Counted from the stretch's first letter, positions 1 through 14,026 are shown. The stretch: DNA of 64,000 nucleotides from Octopus sinensis (GCF_006345805.1 NC_042998.1:3658001-3722000); one strand, 5' to 3'. Made by a program: numbers and translations. Notes: generated from the sequence alone by a model not told the origin.

Positions 1-42
1 ACACGATCTCAGATCAGGTCACTTGCTATGCAAGTACATCTC
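1..42 (+). repeat. 3' end of the same Penelope-like repeat family as 33614-33964
   Basis: near-identical to 33923-33964 (cagatcaggtcacttgctatgcaagtacatctc). Confidence 0.75.
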
Positions 43-61
43 TATGATTGGCAAACCTGTT

Positions 62-420
62 TTATGTAGCTTGCTTACCAACCACATGCTTCCAGGTTCA
101 GTCCCATTGCGTGGCACCTTGGGCAATTGTCTTCTACTATAGCTTCGGGCCGACCAAAGCCTTGTGAATGGATTTGGTAGACGGAAAGAAGCCCGTTGTA
201 TATATGTGTGTACGTGTGTTTTTGTGTCTGTGCTTGTCTCCCACCATCGCTTGACAACCGATGTTGGTATGTTTACGTCGCCGTAACATAGCGGTTCGCA
301 AAAGAGACCGATAGAATAAGTACAAGGCTTACAAAGAATGAGTCCTGGGGTCGAGTTTTTCGACTAATATCGGTGCTCCAGCATGGCCACAGTCAAATGA
401 CTGAAACAAATAAAAGAATA
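62..420 (+). mobile_element. tRNA-derived SINE family A (probably octopus OK-type)
   Basis: B-box-like GGTTCAGTCCC, conserved body, internal TA/TG microsatellite, tail CTGAAACAAATAAAAGA; many homologous copies in the window. Confidence 0.85.
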
Positions 421-1186
421 TGTAGATTGCTCTATTACACTATTGAGCTCTTGATGTCAAAATTCCTTTCTATGTCAAAAAGGTACTCCATTGTATGTCT
501 ACGATATGTGTGTATGAGACCATCCTGTTTCTAAAACTACATAATCCTTATAGGCTTGATCATTTTTTTCTTTTCTTTTTCTTTTTCAGATCATGTTTAA
601 GATTTTATATTTAGTTCCAGCACTTGTTTTGCCTACCTTTTGCCTACTGTTTTGTTCTTCTTATATATACTTCTACAAGTCCGAAAGGACCACATTCTTC
701 CCCGTAAGCGTTACTTCCGCACATGCCCTAATTCTGTCGTGTAGTCGAAATGCCTTCTATTTATAGAAATAATGGTTTCGTTTTTGTATTTTTTTTCATC
801 GTTTTATATATTTTCTCGCTCTCCTCATAATTCGCCCTTTCTACTGTCCCATCAAGGGATCCCCTCTTTATTCGTACTTGTCGGTCCTTTATGTTCGTTA
901 ATTTAAGCCCAGCAGCTTTTGGCTGTTGACACCGCCAGATTGAACAATATTATCGATAAGGCGTCGAAATTGTGATGATTTTTGATAATTCATGTGGATG
1001 AGCCTGTCCACAGCTGTTGTGTGTTTTTTCCGGTTTACCATATGTTCCTTCGTCGACCTCCCTCTCTGCTACATTCTGCTTCATAGGCTGACTATAAAGG
1101 AGTCATCCTAGAGCTGTGAAATCTTGTATGTATTAATTTCAACTCTTCTTAATAACTGCATCTTTTTTTCCGTGTAAACTGGCTTA

Positions 1187-1286
<100 letters not shown>

Positions 1287-1329
1287 CTTGTATCTTTTAT
1301 GGGCTTCAGCTAGAGACTGAGGCTATGCT

Positions 1330-2130
1330 GGTGCAACGCCCTTACTGCGTCCGGGGACTTTTCCAGCATTGCTTCTGGTAAAGTAACGATTTGGACGTAG
1401 CCACTCTTCTTCGTACCTCCTACCGCGATGTGGGTTCATCCGGAATTGCAAATAAAAAGCTGTCTAGACGTTTTTCGAAGACTTCCATGTCCCCCTGATA
1501 TTCTGTGGTAGGGCATTAAAAAGTTGCGGTCCCTTGAATTCCAAGCTATTACAATATTGCGTTTGTATCTTCGATGGAGAAGATGGGACCTTTGGTACTG
1601 TGCAGTTCCGTCCAGTTCGTGGGTGATTGTAAATTTCAATTCCGAAATTTGGAGCCAGACCTTCCATTATCTTCCACATGTATAGTACTGTATATCTCTC
1701 ATGTCTCCTCTGCAGGGAGTAGAGTCCTAGTTCCCTCAACTTATCCCAGTAGCCCATGTGTTTTACTGAGTCTATCTTTTTTGTGAAGTGGCGTTGGATC
1801 GCTTCTAGTTCCGCAATTAGTTTTACGCTCTGTGGGGACCACAGCTGGGAGCAGTAGTCCAGATGACCTAAAGATCCTGAAGGACCTACAGATCCAACCT
1901 GCCATCGGCCTGCAGTGTTGCCATCTGAGCAACGTGCACATGGAAAGTTGCGTCGTTGCTCATGTGGACTCCCGGGTCACGCACCGACTCTAACTCTGGG
2001 ATTACATTGCCTGCTGGTCCCGTGTACTTCAGCTGTAGTTTGCTTGTGGGGATAGATGGTATGTGTTTTTATTTTTCATTCCGTTCGAAATTTATCCCTA
2101 ATAGTGGTTTGAGATTTTGGCTATTCCTTC
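1330..2130 (-). mobile_element. CR1/L2-clade LINE, decayed RT C-terminal fragment
   Basis: minus-strand peptides HLDYCSQLWSPQ..ELEAIQRHFTKKI..YWDKLRELGLYSLQRRHERY..GPQLFNALP, with frameshifts. Confidence 0.85.
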
Positions 2131-2354
2131 TAGCGTGCCAGGTATCCTGTGATGGATACCTCTTATGTGTTTAAATGTACACTGTATTTATATGAATAAT
2201 ATATAGTCTATTGACTAATTTTTCTACACGTTAGGCCACTGGCAGTGAAAATTTCTAAAATTTTTCTTACCTTGATATTATTAATTATTGGTAATGTTTT
2301 TGGCAAATTTATAAAGTAACGCCGGCATTCTTTTATTTGCTGCCGACAAAAAAC

Positions 2355-2510
2355 TGCTGTGGCTGTGTGGTAAGTAGCTTGCTTACCAACCACATGGTTC
2401 TGGGTTCAGTCCCACTGCATGGCACCTTGGGCAAGTGTCTTCTACTATAGCCTCGAGCTGACCAAAGCCTTGAGTAGATTTGGTAGACGGAAACTGAAAG
2501 AAGCCTGTCG

Positions 2511-2547
<37 letters not shown>

Positions 2548-2760
2548 GTATGTATGTTTGTGTGTCTGTGCTTGTCCCCCAACATTGCTTGACAACCGAT
2601 GCTGGTGTGTTTACGTCCCCGTAACTTAGCGGTTCGGCAAAAGAGACCGATAGAATAAGTACTAGGCTTACAAAGAATAAATCCTGGGGTCGATTTGCTC
2701 GACTAAAGGCGGTGCTCCAGCATGGCCACAGTCGAAATGACTGAAACAAGTAAAAGAGTG
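2355..2760 (+). mobile_element. SINE family A copy
   Basis: A-box TGGCTGTGTGGTAAG, B-box GGTTCAGTCCC, full body and tail. Confidence 0.9.
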
Positions 2761-2944
2761 AAATAAATTTCAGACACTAAACATGTATTGAATCCTTCTT
2801 TTCGCTGTTTTTATGCATAGGAAACCGCTTTTTTTTTTTTTTTTTTGGCGTTTCCTCCCTCTTTTGTCATCCATCCCTCCCCTACGTACACTCACTCATG
2901 TGTGCGTTCATATATACTTACACACACGTGTGTGGAGAAAGAGT

Positions 2945-3041
2945 GTATGTATGTATGTATGTATGTATGCATGTATGTATGTATGCATGTATGTATGTAT
3001 GTATGCATGTATGTATGTATGCATGTATGTATGTGTATGTA

Positions 3042-3090
<49 letters not shown>
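2945..3090. repeat. (TATG)n plus (TG)n compound microsatellite
   Basis: direct reading. Confidence 0.95.
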
Positions 3091-3092
<2 letters not shown>

Positions 3093-3721
3093 ACGCGCGT
3101 GTGTACATGCGTACAAGAGTTTGTTATTATCAGAAACTTACAGGCACAGCTGAAGGCGATTCGGGGAGTGGCAGAGTCGTGGTGGTGGTGGTGGGTGCTG
3201 AATATTTGTGGTGGTGGCAGCGGTGGTAGTGAAGGTGTTGACAGAGGTTTCATACTGAGGAAGGACAGACAGATTCAAAAGATGAGAAATTTTTAGTCCA
3301 ACTTTTTCTTTAATTACTATCACATCCCCATCGCCAACACCCGACCCTACTTAGTCAGACGATGACTCCTGTTCTTTTCTTTCTTTCTTTTCTTTCATTC
3401 TTTCTTTCCCATGAGATAGATGCGAGTTTGAATGGAGAGGACAGGATAACGTACAAGGTCATAGATGTAAACTGATATAGGTGATGTAGTGTGTGAATGT
3501 CTGTGAAGAAGGGAGTCGTGCTGGGTCGGGGCTGAGCTGGAAAAGAAGTGGGCAGGATTAAGGCCAAGGATGTTTGTTATGAATTCTTCACCATCAACAG
3601 AGATAATATAATGACATTCCCTCGAACTGGAATATGTCCAATACCAGGGAGCAGATGGTTTGGAACGATACTCTGTCATTATCGGCTTCAACCAACATCT
3701 GTAAGTTTATCAATACATCAC

Positions 3722-3878
3722 AACCTATTTCTTTATTACCCACAAGGGGCTAAACACAGAGGGGACAAACAAGGACAGACATAGGTATTAAGTCGATTAC
3801 ATCGACCCCAGTGCGTAATTGGTACTTAATTTATCGACCCCGAAAGGGTGAAAGGCAAAGTCGACCTCGGCGGAATTT
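3722..3878 (-). mobile_element. SINE family D, partial copy
   Basis: matches the body/tail of 4094-4309 and 4928-5157. Confidence 0.8.
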
Positions 3879-4093
3879 ACACCATCACCGTCACCATTAT
3901 CTCAAACATCGTCATCACCACCGCCACCAAAGTCTCCGCCAAAACCGCCACCACCGTCGTCATCATTGGAACCGTGTCCTCGCCCCCCCCCCACTGTTAC
4001 CAAGTCAACAAGGAAGCTTCCACATATTCACATACTAGAAATAGCAGCAAAATTTGCCTTACAGCTGCTGTCTTAAAGAAAAAAGTAAGGATA

Positions 4094-4309
4094 TATTTCT
4101 TTATTGCCTACAAGGGGCTAACCATAGAGGGGACAGACAAAGGGATTAAGTCGATTACATAGACCCCAGTGCGTAACTGGTACTTAATTTATCGACCCCG
4201 AAAGGATGAAAGGCAAAGTCAACCTCGGTGGAATGTGAACTCACAACGTAACGGCAGACGAAATACCGCTAATCATTTCGCCCGGCGTGCTAACGTTTCT
4301 GCCAACTCG
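4094..4309 (-). mobile_element. SINE family D copy with 14-bp TSD
   Basis: AAAAAGTAAGGATA at 4080-4093 and 4310-4323. Confidence 0.88.
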
Positions 4310-4927
4310 AAAAAGTAAGGATAGACTGGATAATGTATACACAAGCACCCTCACTAACTCACACTATAGAGGTCGCCACCACCGAGGTCGCTGCCACCTC
4401 CACCACCATCGTTATCATCATCATTGAAATTGCGTCCTTAATCCCCATCGTTACCGAGCCAAGACGGAAACCGCTACATAGTCACGTACTAGAAATAGCA
4501 GCCAAATCTGCCTTATACCGCACCCTGGTGTCTTTAAAAAAAAGGACACCAAAGATGCACTGGGCAATGTAGTCCTTAATACACAAACACTTATATATTC
4601 ATATAAAACCGTTTAGTGTTGACTGTCGGAATAAAGACTACTCAATACCGGAGTTCAGTTCAGGCAAGTGTTGTAACTTGCCTCAAGACCCTGTACACCC
4701 ACAGGTGAAGCCCAGAGTAGCAAGAGACTGACTGGAGCAAATTGTGTGTGTGTGTGAGAGAGCGAGCGAGAGAGAGAGAGAGAGAGGGGGGGGGCTAAAT
4801 TGCATTAACAAATAGGATAAAACTGTTTTCATTTGCAAAATATGCAATTTTTAAAAGGTAGTAAAAAATCTGAAAATCGGCTGTAATAATGTAGTCTTCC
4901 AGTCTCATTACTATGAAGATATGATGC

Positions 4928-5157
4928 AGGAGCTGGCAGAAACGTGAAGCACGCCGGGCGAAATGCTTAGCGGTATTTCATCTGCCGTTACGTTGTGAGT
5001 TCAAATTCCTCCGAGGTCGACTTTGCCTTTCATCCTTTCAGGGTCGATAAATTAAGTACCAGTTACGCACTGGGGTCGATGTAATCGACTTAATACCTAT
5101 GTCTGTCCTTGTTTGTCCCCTCTATGTTTAACCCCTTGTGGGTAATAAAGAAATAGA
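4928..5157 (+). mobile_element. SINE family D copy
   Basis: gagctggcagaaacg...gagttcaaattcc..gaggtcgactttgcctttcatcc...aataaagaaatag. Confidence 0.85.
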
Positions 5158-5485
5158 TATGATGTAGAGAAAAAATTGGAGGAAAAAGTTACGGAGGTTT
5201 AAAAATCTATTTTTAGCCAATAGCGAGACAGAAATTTTCTGCGTTTAGCGAAGCGGAGTCAACTTTAAGGTTGTACCCTGTAAAATTTATAGTTTAGCGT
5301 CTGTCACATAACCTGTTCATTGTAGGTTTCTAAATAAACAGATATACCTAATATATCAACATGTGTCATCTTACTGTTTCTTTTGTCTCTCCATTGATTG
5401 TATGCTGATGTTATTTATATCTGATTGAGTATTTCTACGATTAAAAGAATTCCCGCTGTGACAGTCTAGTCTTCAAAAGAAAAAA

Positions 5486-5644
5486 ATATGGCTGTGTGAT
5501 AAGAAGCTTGCTGCTCAACCACATGGTTCCGGGTTCAGTTCCACTGCATGATACTTTGGGACAGTGTCTTCTACTATGCTCTCGGGCCAACCAAAGCCTT
5601 GTGAGTGGATTTGGTAGATGGACACTGACAGAAGCCTGTGGCAC

Positions 5645-5676
<32 letters not shown>

Positions 5677-6220
5677 ACCACCACCGCTCGACAACAACCG
5701 GTGCTGGTGTGTTTACGTGCCTGTAAGTTAGCGGTTCGGTAAAAGAGGCCGGTAGAATAAGTAAAAAGGGTAAAGACCCCACTTCGGTCGTAAATGACCA
5801 TGGGATTGCACCTAGAAAGTTCTCCGAGGCACAAGACCGAGCAAGGTTGTTTATGGCAGATCAGCAGTCACCCATGCATACCAGCCTCCTCTCTCCATAT
5901 CACTGATGTTATCCAGGGGAAAGAGAAAGACCGATGCAGCTTGACACCAGTGACGTCGCAACCCATTTCTACAGCTGAGTGAATTGGACCAACACGAAGT
6001 ATTTTGCTCAAGAACACAACACACAGCCCAGTCTGGGAATCGAATTCACTACCCCATAATTTTGAGCTCGACGCTCTAACCACTGAGCCATGAGCCTTAT
6101 AGAATAAGTACCAGGCTTAAAAAATAAATGCCGAAGTCGATTCATTTGACTAAAAAGTTCTCCAAGGCGGTGCCCCAGTATGACAGCTCTCTAATGACTA
6201 AAAACAAGTAAAAGTATATA
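5486..6220 (+). mobile_element. SINE family A copy interrupted by a nested SINE
   Basis: family A body breaks at 5763 and resumes at 6100. Confidence 0.8.
5764..6099 (-). mobile_element. tRNA-derived SINE family B nested in family A
   Basis: minus-strand A-box TGGCTCAGTGG and B-box TTCGATTCC; 11-bp TSD TAGAATAAGTA (5753-5763, 6100-6110). Confidence 0.82.
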
Positions 6221-6644
6221 ACTGATGTAACTAATGACTTCAAGCTTCTCTCGTCCATTACGGGCTTCTTAATTAATTGCGGTTCCTTGGTTGTGCAATT
6301 AGTCATGTTGTCTGTAGGGTTTCACTTCTTAAGCGGAAGTCAAAAAACGGAACGACACTACTGCAAAGCTCTAAGAATTCCACCAATTTATTGCCTTGGA
6401 TTGATAATTCATTAATAAACCCTGAATGAAAGATAAGACTGACATTGACAGGGTTCAAAATGAAGGGACCGGAAGTAGAAACGTATACGACAATGCATTT
6501 TATCCAGCGCGCAAACAACTCCGCCATTTTGACGCTTCCATTAACAAAAATGCATGACACCTTCTCTTCTCAAAGACAGTAAAGTGTGATTTGAGGATGA
6601 TTTAGCAGCTATTTCAAGCAAACTTCGTAACAGCGTAAATCATT

Positions 6645-7050
6645 CTCTTTTACTCTTTTACTTGTTTCAGTAATTTGACTGCGGCCATGCTGGAGCACCG
6701 CCTCTAGTCGAGCAAACCGACCCCGGGACTTATTCTTTGTAAGCCTAGTACTTGTTCTATCGGTCTCTTTTGCCGAACCGCTAAGTTACGGGGACGTAAA
6801 CACACCAGCATCGGTTGTCAAGCGATGTTGGGGGGACAAACACAGACACACAAACATATACACACACCTGCATACATATATACGACGGGCTTCTTTCAGT
6901 TTCCGTCTACCAAATCCACTCACAAGGCTTTGGTCGGCCCGAGGCTATAGTAGAAGCCACTTGCCCAAGGTGCCACGCAGTGGGACTGAACCTGGAAATC
7001 ATGTGGTTCGTAAGCAAGCTACTTACCACACAGCCACTCCTGCTCCTATA
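6645..7050 (-). mobile_element. SINE family A copy
   Basis: full-length reverse-complement match to family A. Confidence 0.9.
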
Positions 7051-7431
7051 ATTGTTTATTCTAACATGATTTTGAGAGTAATGATGAGTACAAATGTATA
7101 TGGTAGAAGCGATGTTGTTGACCTTGCTGGAATATATTATGCTGCAGAAATAACTCGGTAAATAGTTAACAGCAAACGCATAGCAGAATATTTCATCTCA
7201 ACTAGGTTGTTCGAAGTCATTTAGAAACGCTTATTCCTGTGACGTGACGTTAATGTTTTTATTGATACGTATCAGATGTCACTAAGCGTCTGCATTAATT
7301 AATCTAATGTTATGTAAGTAGTTTGTGTCGACTAATTCTCCGTTTTAGTTTAATCACAAATGCCGGAAAAACAAGCATTTGTTTAACTAGTTGTTTGTTG
7401 TTGCTGTTTGTTTGTTTGTTTGTTGAGCGAA

Positions 7432-7785
7432 GCTGTCTTCGTCCTGTAGTGGGAGAAGTCCGAAACGTGGTCCTTTGCTATTCGTAAGACCCGCAGAAGA
7501 GAAAGCAGGTCAACCCCCGACACCGAGAGCATCGACTGATGGATAAATGCACATCCAGGCTCAGCGGTTGCGTAGGAAGTCGGAGACAAGAAACAGGAAG
7601 AAAGAGTGAGAGAAAGCTGGAGCGAAAGAGTACAACAGGGGTCGCCACCGACCCCTGCCAGAGCCTCGTGGAGCTTTAGGTGTTTTCGCTCAATAAACAC
7701 ACACAACGCCCGGTCTGGGAATAGAAACCGCGATCCTCCGACCTAACCTCTGGGCCTAACCACTGGGCCATTCCGCCTCCACTGT
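7432..7785 (-). mobile_element. tRNA-derived SINE family C (possibly OR-type)
   Basis: minus-strand head ggaggcg.aatggcccagtggttag..; homologous to 7900-8146, 14388-14658, 61095-61362. Confidence 0.8.
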
Positions 7786-7899
7786 TGTTGCTGTTCTCCT
7801 TGTTTAGCCTCAAGTCAGCCCGAAGTAAGCAGACTTATGTTCAAAGGCATTCAGGCTACGATCAGCTTGACTCGAGTATTGCATATATTATTTATTTAT

Positions 7900-8146
7900 G
7901 CGCCCTTTTCCGGTTTCTGTGGCGTATGTATTTCCCCCAGGTGGGCGGGACGCCAGTTCATCGCAGCGTTACCCAAGAAACAGGGAGAAAGTTGGGGCGA
8001 AAGAGTACAACAGGGGGTCACCACAACACCCTACCGGAGCCTCATGGAGCTTTAGGTGTTTTCGCTCAATAAACACTCACAACGCCCGGTTTGGGAATCG
8101 AAACCGCGAGTCCGCTGCCCTAGCCACTGGACCATTGAGCCGCCAC
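7900..8146 (-). mobile_element. SINE family C copy
   Basis: shared block gagctttaggtgttttcgctcaataaacac. Confidence 0.8.
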
Positions 8147-8529
8147 ATTGCATATATATATAGGAATACATTAACTGAAATGTTCCTCTTCTCTTTCAAA
8201 ATGACAGGGTGCATGCAATAAGAGGTTTTGGTTGCTATTTCTAACAGTTTAAGCGACCTCGTTGTAGCATCCTCGTTGGTTCATTGTTGTTTTGTCGTTG
8301 TTAACACTGACCATCACTGCACAAACCAAGTTATGAGATAAGGGTAAATCGCTGTTGATGCAATCCACGCTTACAACCTACACGATAAGTTATCCTGCAG
8401 TGAAGCCTGAGGTGACACTCAACGGGTTTCTGTTTATAGTAGATGACTATACCAGTTATCGAACACTAGATCCATAAAGGGGCTCACTCCAATATAATTG
8501 GAGAAATTGATTGATTTTAAGCATATAGA

Positions 8530-8880
8530 TGCAACATGCTACATAGTCAAGAAATTCGCTTTATAACCACGTAGTTTCGCGTTCTGTTCCTCTGAACGAC
8601 ACCTTAGGCAAGTACCTTTTACTAAAGCGCTGAACCGCCTAATGCCTCGAGAAGAAATATGGTAGACGGAAATTGAATGGAAGCCCTTCAGTAGTGTTTA
8701 CCTGTTTGTGTTTATTTACCCGTAACGCTTGAAAACCGGCGTCGATTTGTTTGCGTTACTGTAACTTTACGATCCGACAAAAGAAACTGACAAATTAAGG
8801 ATCAGACTTTAAAATAAGTACTGGGCTCGATTTGCTCGACTAAACCCTTCAAGGTGGCATTCCAGCATGGCTTCAGAAGG
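8530..8880 (+). mobile_element. diverged SINE family A copy
   Basis: degenerate but collinear with the family A body. Confidence 0.6.
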
Positions 8881-8959
8881 TAAGAGATGAAATATATATC
8901 TGTGTTGCTCATGGTTCTAGCTAATTAGTAGCGGTCATGGTGGGATATCTTATACACAA

Positions 8960-9488
8960 CGTATGCATCACCACATGGAATGGTAAACTACTCAAAAACA
9001 GATCAAATTATAACAAATGTCTAAAAATATTCTGAACGCCTTACTTCCCTGGGCATGGATACATTGAAACTCCGACGTCTGGCAGATGACTTGGCGGACA
9101 CCCATAAAATTATTAACCATCTTACTAACAATTACTCTGAGCACCTTTTCAAACTCCACCTGTCTAACACCCGTGGACATGTTTACAAAGTTAGAAAACA
9201 GCACACAACTTCCATGACTTTCGGAAACATTTTTTCACGCTAAGAGTTGCTGAAGCATGGAACAAACTGCTGGCATCAGTTGTTAGTTGTCGGAGCACTG
9301 CATCCTTCAAAACTTCCATGCTTCTTGAGATTCGCCAACACTACACCTGAGTTTCTCCCCTCCATACACACGCAAGCATGTATCTGACTCATACACTGTT
9401 CACTTCCCAGACATTTGTACATTACTGCATATACTTTATACGCAACTTTGACAAGTTGTGGTGCACCTGAGCAATGCATACAATAATT

Positions 9489-9530
<42 letters not shown>
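8960..9530 (+). mobile_element. CR1/L2-clade LINE 3' end with (ATT)n tail
   Basis: LKLRRLADDLADTHKII..SNTRGHVYKVRKQH..RVAEAWNKL peptide, 3'UTR, (ATT)n tail. Confidence 0.88.
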
Positions 9531-9534
<4 letters not shown>

Positions 9535-9696
9535 GGCGTAGGAGTGGCTTTGTGGTAAGCAGCTTGCTTAACAACCACATGGTTCTGGGTTCAGTCCCAC
9601 TGCACGGCACCTTGGGCAAGTGTCTTCTACTATAGCCTCGGGCTGGCCAAAGCCTTGTGAGTGGATTTGATAGACGGAAACCGAAAGAAGCTCGTC

Positions 9697-9732
<36 letters not shown>

Positions 9733-9925
9733 TGTGGTCATCTACTGAGATAAAATGCTGTGTATGTGTGTCTGTGTTTGTCTCCCCCCGCCCAACATCG
9801 CTTGACAACCGATGCTGAGACCGATAGAATAAGTACTGGGCTTATAAAGAATAAGCCCTGGGGTCGATAAAGGCGGTGCTCCAGCACGGCCACAGTCAAA
9901 TGACTGAAACAAGTAAAAGAGTAAA
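9531..9925 (+). mobile_element. SINE family A copy with internal deletions
   Basis: A/B boxes, body, tail; starts at the end of the CR1 (ATT)n tail. Confidence 0.85.
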
Positions 9926-10825
9926 TGCGTAATTTGAGCCATATCAATGACGTCATTGTGACACCTCAGTGATCTGCTCAGCACTAACTACCAACTGTTT
10001 TAGATACCAGATCACTGAACAACGTCTCAATGTTCATATCTACGTCAAAAGACGTACATCCAATACGTACAAGAAACGATCTTTGCTGAATAGTGTCCAA
10101 AATCATATCTACATTACATGTTAACATGCAAATATGTCAGCTGATTTTCCGTCAAATCACATCCATTATTTAACAGCTTTTATTTTAATATTCTCTTCGG
10201 TGGTTTTTTTCTCTCTCCTTGCTCGTCGTTTTATTTACTGCATTGCTTGCTTATTCCGGCATCATTAAGATAATGTTTATTCAAAGTATTACTTCTAATT
10301 CTTTCCCATGTAACTTTCTGTTCGCTTGTTTGTCTTCCGCTGTCAATTTTCGTTTGCAAATAGTCAAATGCAATGTCAACAGAACATTCATCAATGAAAG
10401 ACAAACGGGAAGACGAACCTACATACTAAGAAAATTTGTACGTTTTCTTCCATATGTGACACACACACACACACACACACGCGCATACACACTCACACAC
10501 ACATACTCACACACACACATACACACACATACGCACACGCACACACACACACACATACACACACGTAGATATATACAGATACGGACGTAGACAAACGTTC
10601 ACATATGCACATATATAGACACCCACATAAAAAAAGCTGACCCTTGCAATTAGAAGACAAAAATCTTCTAAGGGCGCTCAATATTTTAAAAATAAATAAA
10701 GAAGAAGGTGAAAGCTCCTTAACTACTCCTGCGCATTAAATTTCGAACTATAGAGCATCATTTGTGATTGCGACCTTATAAGTTTTCAACAATTGCGTAT
10801 ACTCACATACTTCTATATATATATT

Positions 10826-11210
10826 ACTCTTTTTTGCTCTTTTACTTGTTCCAGTCATTTGACTGCGGCCATCCCGGGACTTATTCTTTGTAAGCCCAGT
10901 ACTTATTCTATCGGTCTCTTTTGCCGAACCGCTAAGTAATGGGGACATAAACACACCAGCATCGGTTGTCAAGCAATGCTAGGGGGACAAACACAGACAC
11001 ACAAACATACACGCACACACATATATATATATATACATATATACGACGGGCTTCTTTCAGTTTCCGTCTACCAAATCCACTCACAAGGCTTTGGTCGGCC
11101 CGAGGCTATAGTAGAAAACACTTGCTCAAGGTGCCACGCAGTGGGAATGAACCCGGAACCATGTGGTTGGTAAACAAGCTACTTACCACACAGCCACTCC
11201 TGCGCCTATA
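10826..11210 (-). mobile_element. SINE family A copy
   Basis: reverse-complement match to family A. Confidence 0.88.
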
Positions 11211-11239
11211 TATACATATATATATATACACGTCTTCTG

Positions 11240-11460
11240 CACCCTTTTAAAGCCTAGCCAAGCTCATAGGCCCGGTTTCTATGGTGTATGTGTTCCCCAG
11301 TCCATTGCAACATTACTTATTTTTGCCAGCTGAGTGGACTGGAGCAACGTGAAATGAAGTGTTTTGCTCAAGAACACAACTCGTCGCCCGGTCCAGGAAT
11401 CGAAACCACAATCTTACGATCATGGTGCTGACACCCTAACCACTAAGCCACGCGCCTCCA
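11240..11460 (-). mobile_element. tRNA-derived SINE family E
   Basis: minus head ggcgcgtggcttagtggttagg..; central ttgagcaaaacacttcatttcacgttgctccagtccac block. Confidence 0.75.
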
Positions 11461-12394
11461 CATATATGTATACAGGTGAATGTATATGTGTATGTGGTTC
11501 AACTGCATATATAGACACACACACACATACGTGTACGCATAAATACATTCATACACACGCACACTCACTCACACACATCTTGTTAAATTTCCAATCTTGA
11601 AAGACTTCGTTGTGTTCACTTACAAGACAAATGCCTGACAAATCTTTTTTTTTTTTATTTCATTTTACTTCATTTATTTATTTATATTTTTCTCATAGTT
11701 CTGATAATCATAAAAATGACAAGTATTTTAGTCGGCTCTAAAAGTATTTGCAGCACATGACTTTAAGCGAGAGGACAAACCAACTTTCTGTGTTCTTTGT
11801 TGATGACTTTGAAGAACTGTTTATACAACATAAACATCATGTCGAAAACAACTTATTTGTGAAACTTGCCTGTAGACTAGATTACGTATGTTTTATTTAT
11901 GCCCTAACCTCTCTGTCTCAAACTTCAACAAACCACAAACTCTTAAAATCAACATTTTTCTTATCATCAACAGGTTATATGTACATACATGTCCTCACTC
12001 TCTCTCTCTCTCTCCTTTTCTCCCCTAACTCTCTCTCTCTATGCACATCCACATCTACTAAAAGAATCACTTTTACTGCGAAACTAAAATATTTAAAGTA
12101 AATAAATCATTCAAATATGCGAAGGGCGAAGTTCTTGACTGGATTCCACATCACTTCCACAAATCCCCCTCTAGCATCATGACTAACCATACATGGCAGG
12201 TGGATGGAAGAATTAATAAAATGACAAACAAAATATTTTCTGTAATTCGATTACATCCTTTTTACGTATTGAGTTCAAGTTCCACCTAACTCCATTTTTT
12301 CTTTCCATTTTTCTGAGGTCGATAAAACACATATTGCTGAGTGATATAATCGACTAAAACCTTTGAAAGTGGTACTTCTGTATGAGTACGCCTC

Positions 12395-12637
12395 TTTTAC
12401 GCTTTTATGTTTCAGTCATTTGACTGCGGCCATGCTGGAGCACCGCCTTTAGTCGAGTAAATCGACCCCAGGACTTATTCTTTGTAAGCCTAGTACTTAT
12501 TCTATCGGTCCCTTTTGCCGAACCGCTAATTTACGGGGACGTAAACACACCAGCATCGGTTGACAAGCGATGTTGGGGGGACAAACACAGACATACAAAC
12601 ACACACACACACACACACACACACCACACACACACAC

Positions 12638-12699
<62 letters not shown>

Positions 12700-12870
12700 C
12701 ATATATACGACGGGCTTCTTTCAGTTTACGTTTACCAAATCCACTCACAAGGCTTTGGTCGGCCCGAGGCTATAGCAGAAGACACTTGCCAAGGTTCCAC
12801 GCAGTGTGACTGAACCCGGAACCATGTGGTTGGTAAGCAAGCTACTTACCAAACAGCCACTCTTGCGTCT
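12395..12870 (-). mobile_element. SINE family A copy with expanded internal (CA)n
   Basis: reverse-complement match; about 90 bp of (CA)n inside. Confidence 0.88.
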
Positions 12871-12989
12871 GCTCATCATCAGAGAATTGTTGGAGATGTC
12901 GCAACCTGAGCACATGTGTAGACATCCTTAGTCATGGCAGGCAGCAGATGCTGACAGCAAGCGGAGCCGTTTAACCTGCGGAACCCGTC

Positions 12990-13320
12990 CACTCTACAGA
13001 ATGTGTAAGAGCAAGCGCCACCATTTACTCTGGCCATCGATCAGATGTTATTGTGCATTGCAGCGATTAAATCTCTGAAGACGTGACTGAAAACTAACCG
13101 CTGTAAGGACAACCGCCAAGTATCGATAGTCATTCCTATCGAAAGCTTTTGATTGATCTAAATCAATCAGGGCCCCATCTATGTCAGGTTCTTAAAATCC
13201 CACATAGTGTGAGGCAGAGTTTGTTTTGGAAAGATCGATTTGGGATGGTGCAGGTTTGTGTATCACTTACCAGAATATTAACAAGTGCCAACTTCTAAGT
13301 TAACACTGTGGCCAAAACAG
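12990..13320 (-). mobile_element. L1/Tx1-clade LINE reverse transcriptase fragment (decayed)
   Basis: minus strand VLATVLT*KLALV..QTCTIPNRS..GALIDLDQSKAFDR..RYL..RVNG, resembling the Tx1/L1 RT motif LDQxKAFDRV. Confidence 0.78.
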
Positions 13321-14026
13321 CAACAGCAGCAGTAGCAGCCGTTCAAGAATTTGGACCTGGAAATCTCCATTTCCAGCGACTTCGAGGGCCACCTCCCAGT
13401 GGTGTCGGGCATCAACGAAGAGCCCTCGACTACAAGACGACCAAAGTTTTTTTTTCTCCCGCCCCTAAGCCCTAGACCATCACCTAATCACTCTTACTCG
13501 TCTTGTTGCTTAACAGCAACAACAATTATAATGATAATATTGCTTTATATCACCACGACACGATCACATATTTTGAGTGGAGATTATTAGAATTTAATTA
13601 ATACTATATTTTATCGATCACGAAAAGATGAAATGCAAATTCGGTGGATATAGAACTCAGAAAGCAACCCCACTAATCCTACCACCGCTGTTTGAAGAGA
13701 TAAGCACCTGTAAGTCATGGGGGTGGAATGTTGGGGAGAGGGCACTTGTGATTGATAGTGAAAGCAGTCCAAAATTTAAATGGAGCTCCTTGACTGGCCG
13801 TAGGTAGATGTCATATTTGGAACCGATTCATTGTAAATTTTTCATTGAATTTTATGTTTATAAGAAAACTAGAACAATCGAAACAGGAACAACATAAGCA
13901 TCATCATCAATAACAACAACAAACCTATTTATTCCGGGGAGGGTTTTTATATATTTCCTTGGAATAATTCACCAGGTAAACGTGAACGACCCTTTAATTA
14001 ATGAGATCTTTTACGTGTATTTCCAG

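Noticed and set aside
590-1180. Possible decayed retroelement coding remnant
   Set aside because: No reading frame gave a recognisable motif.
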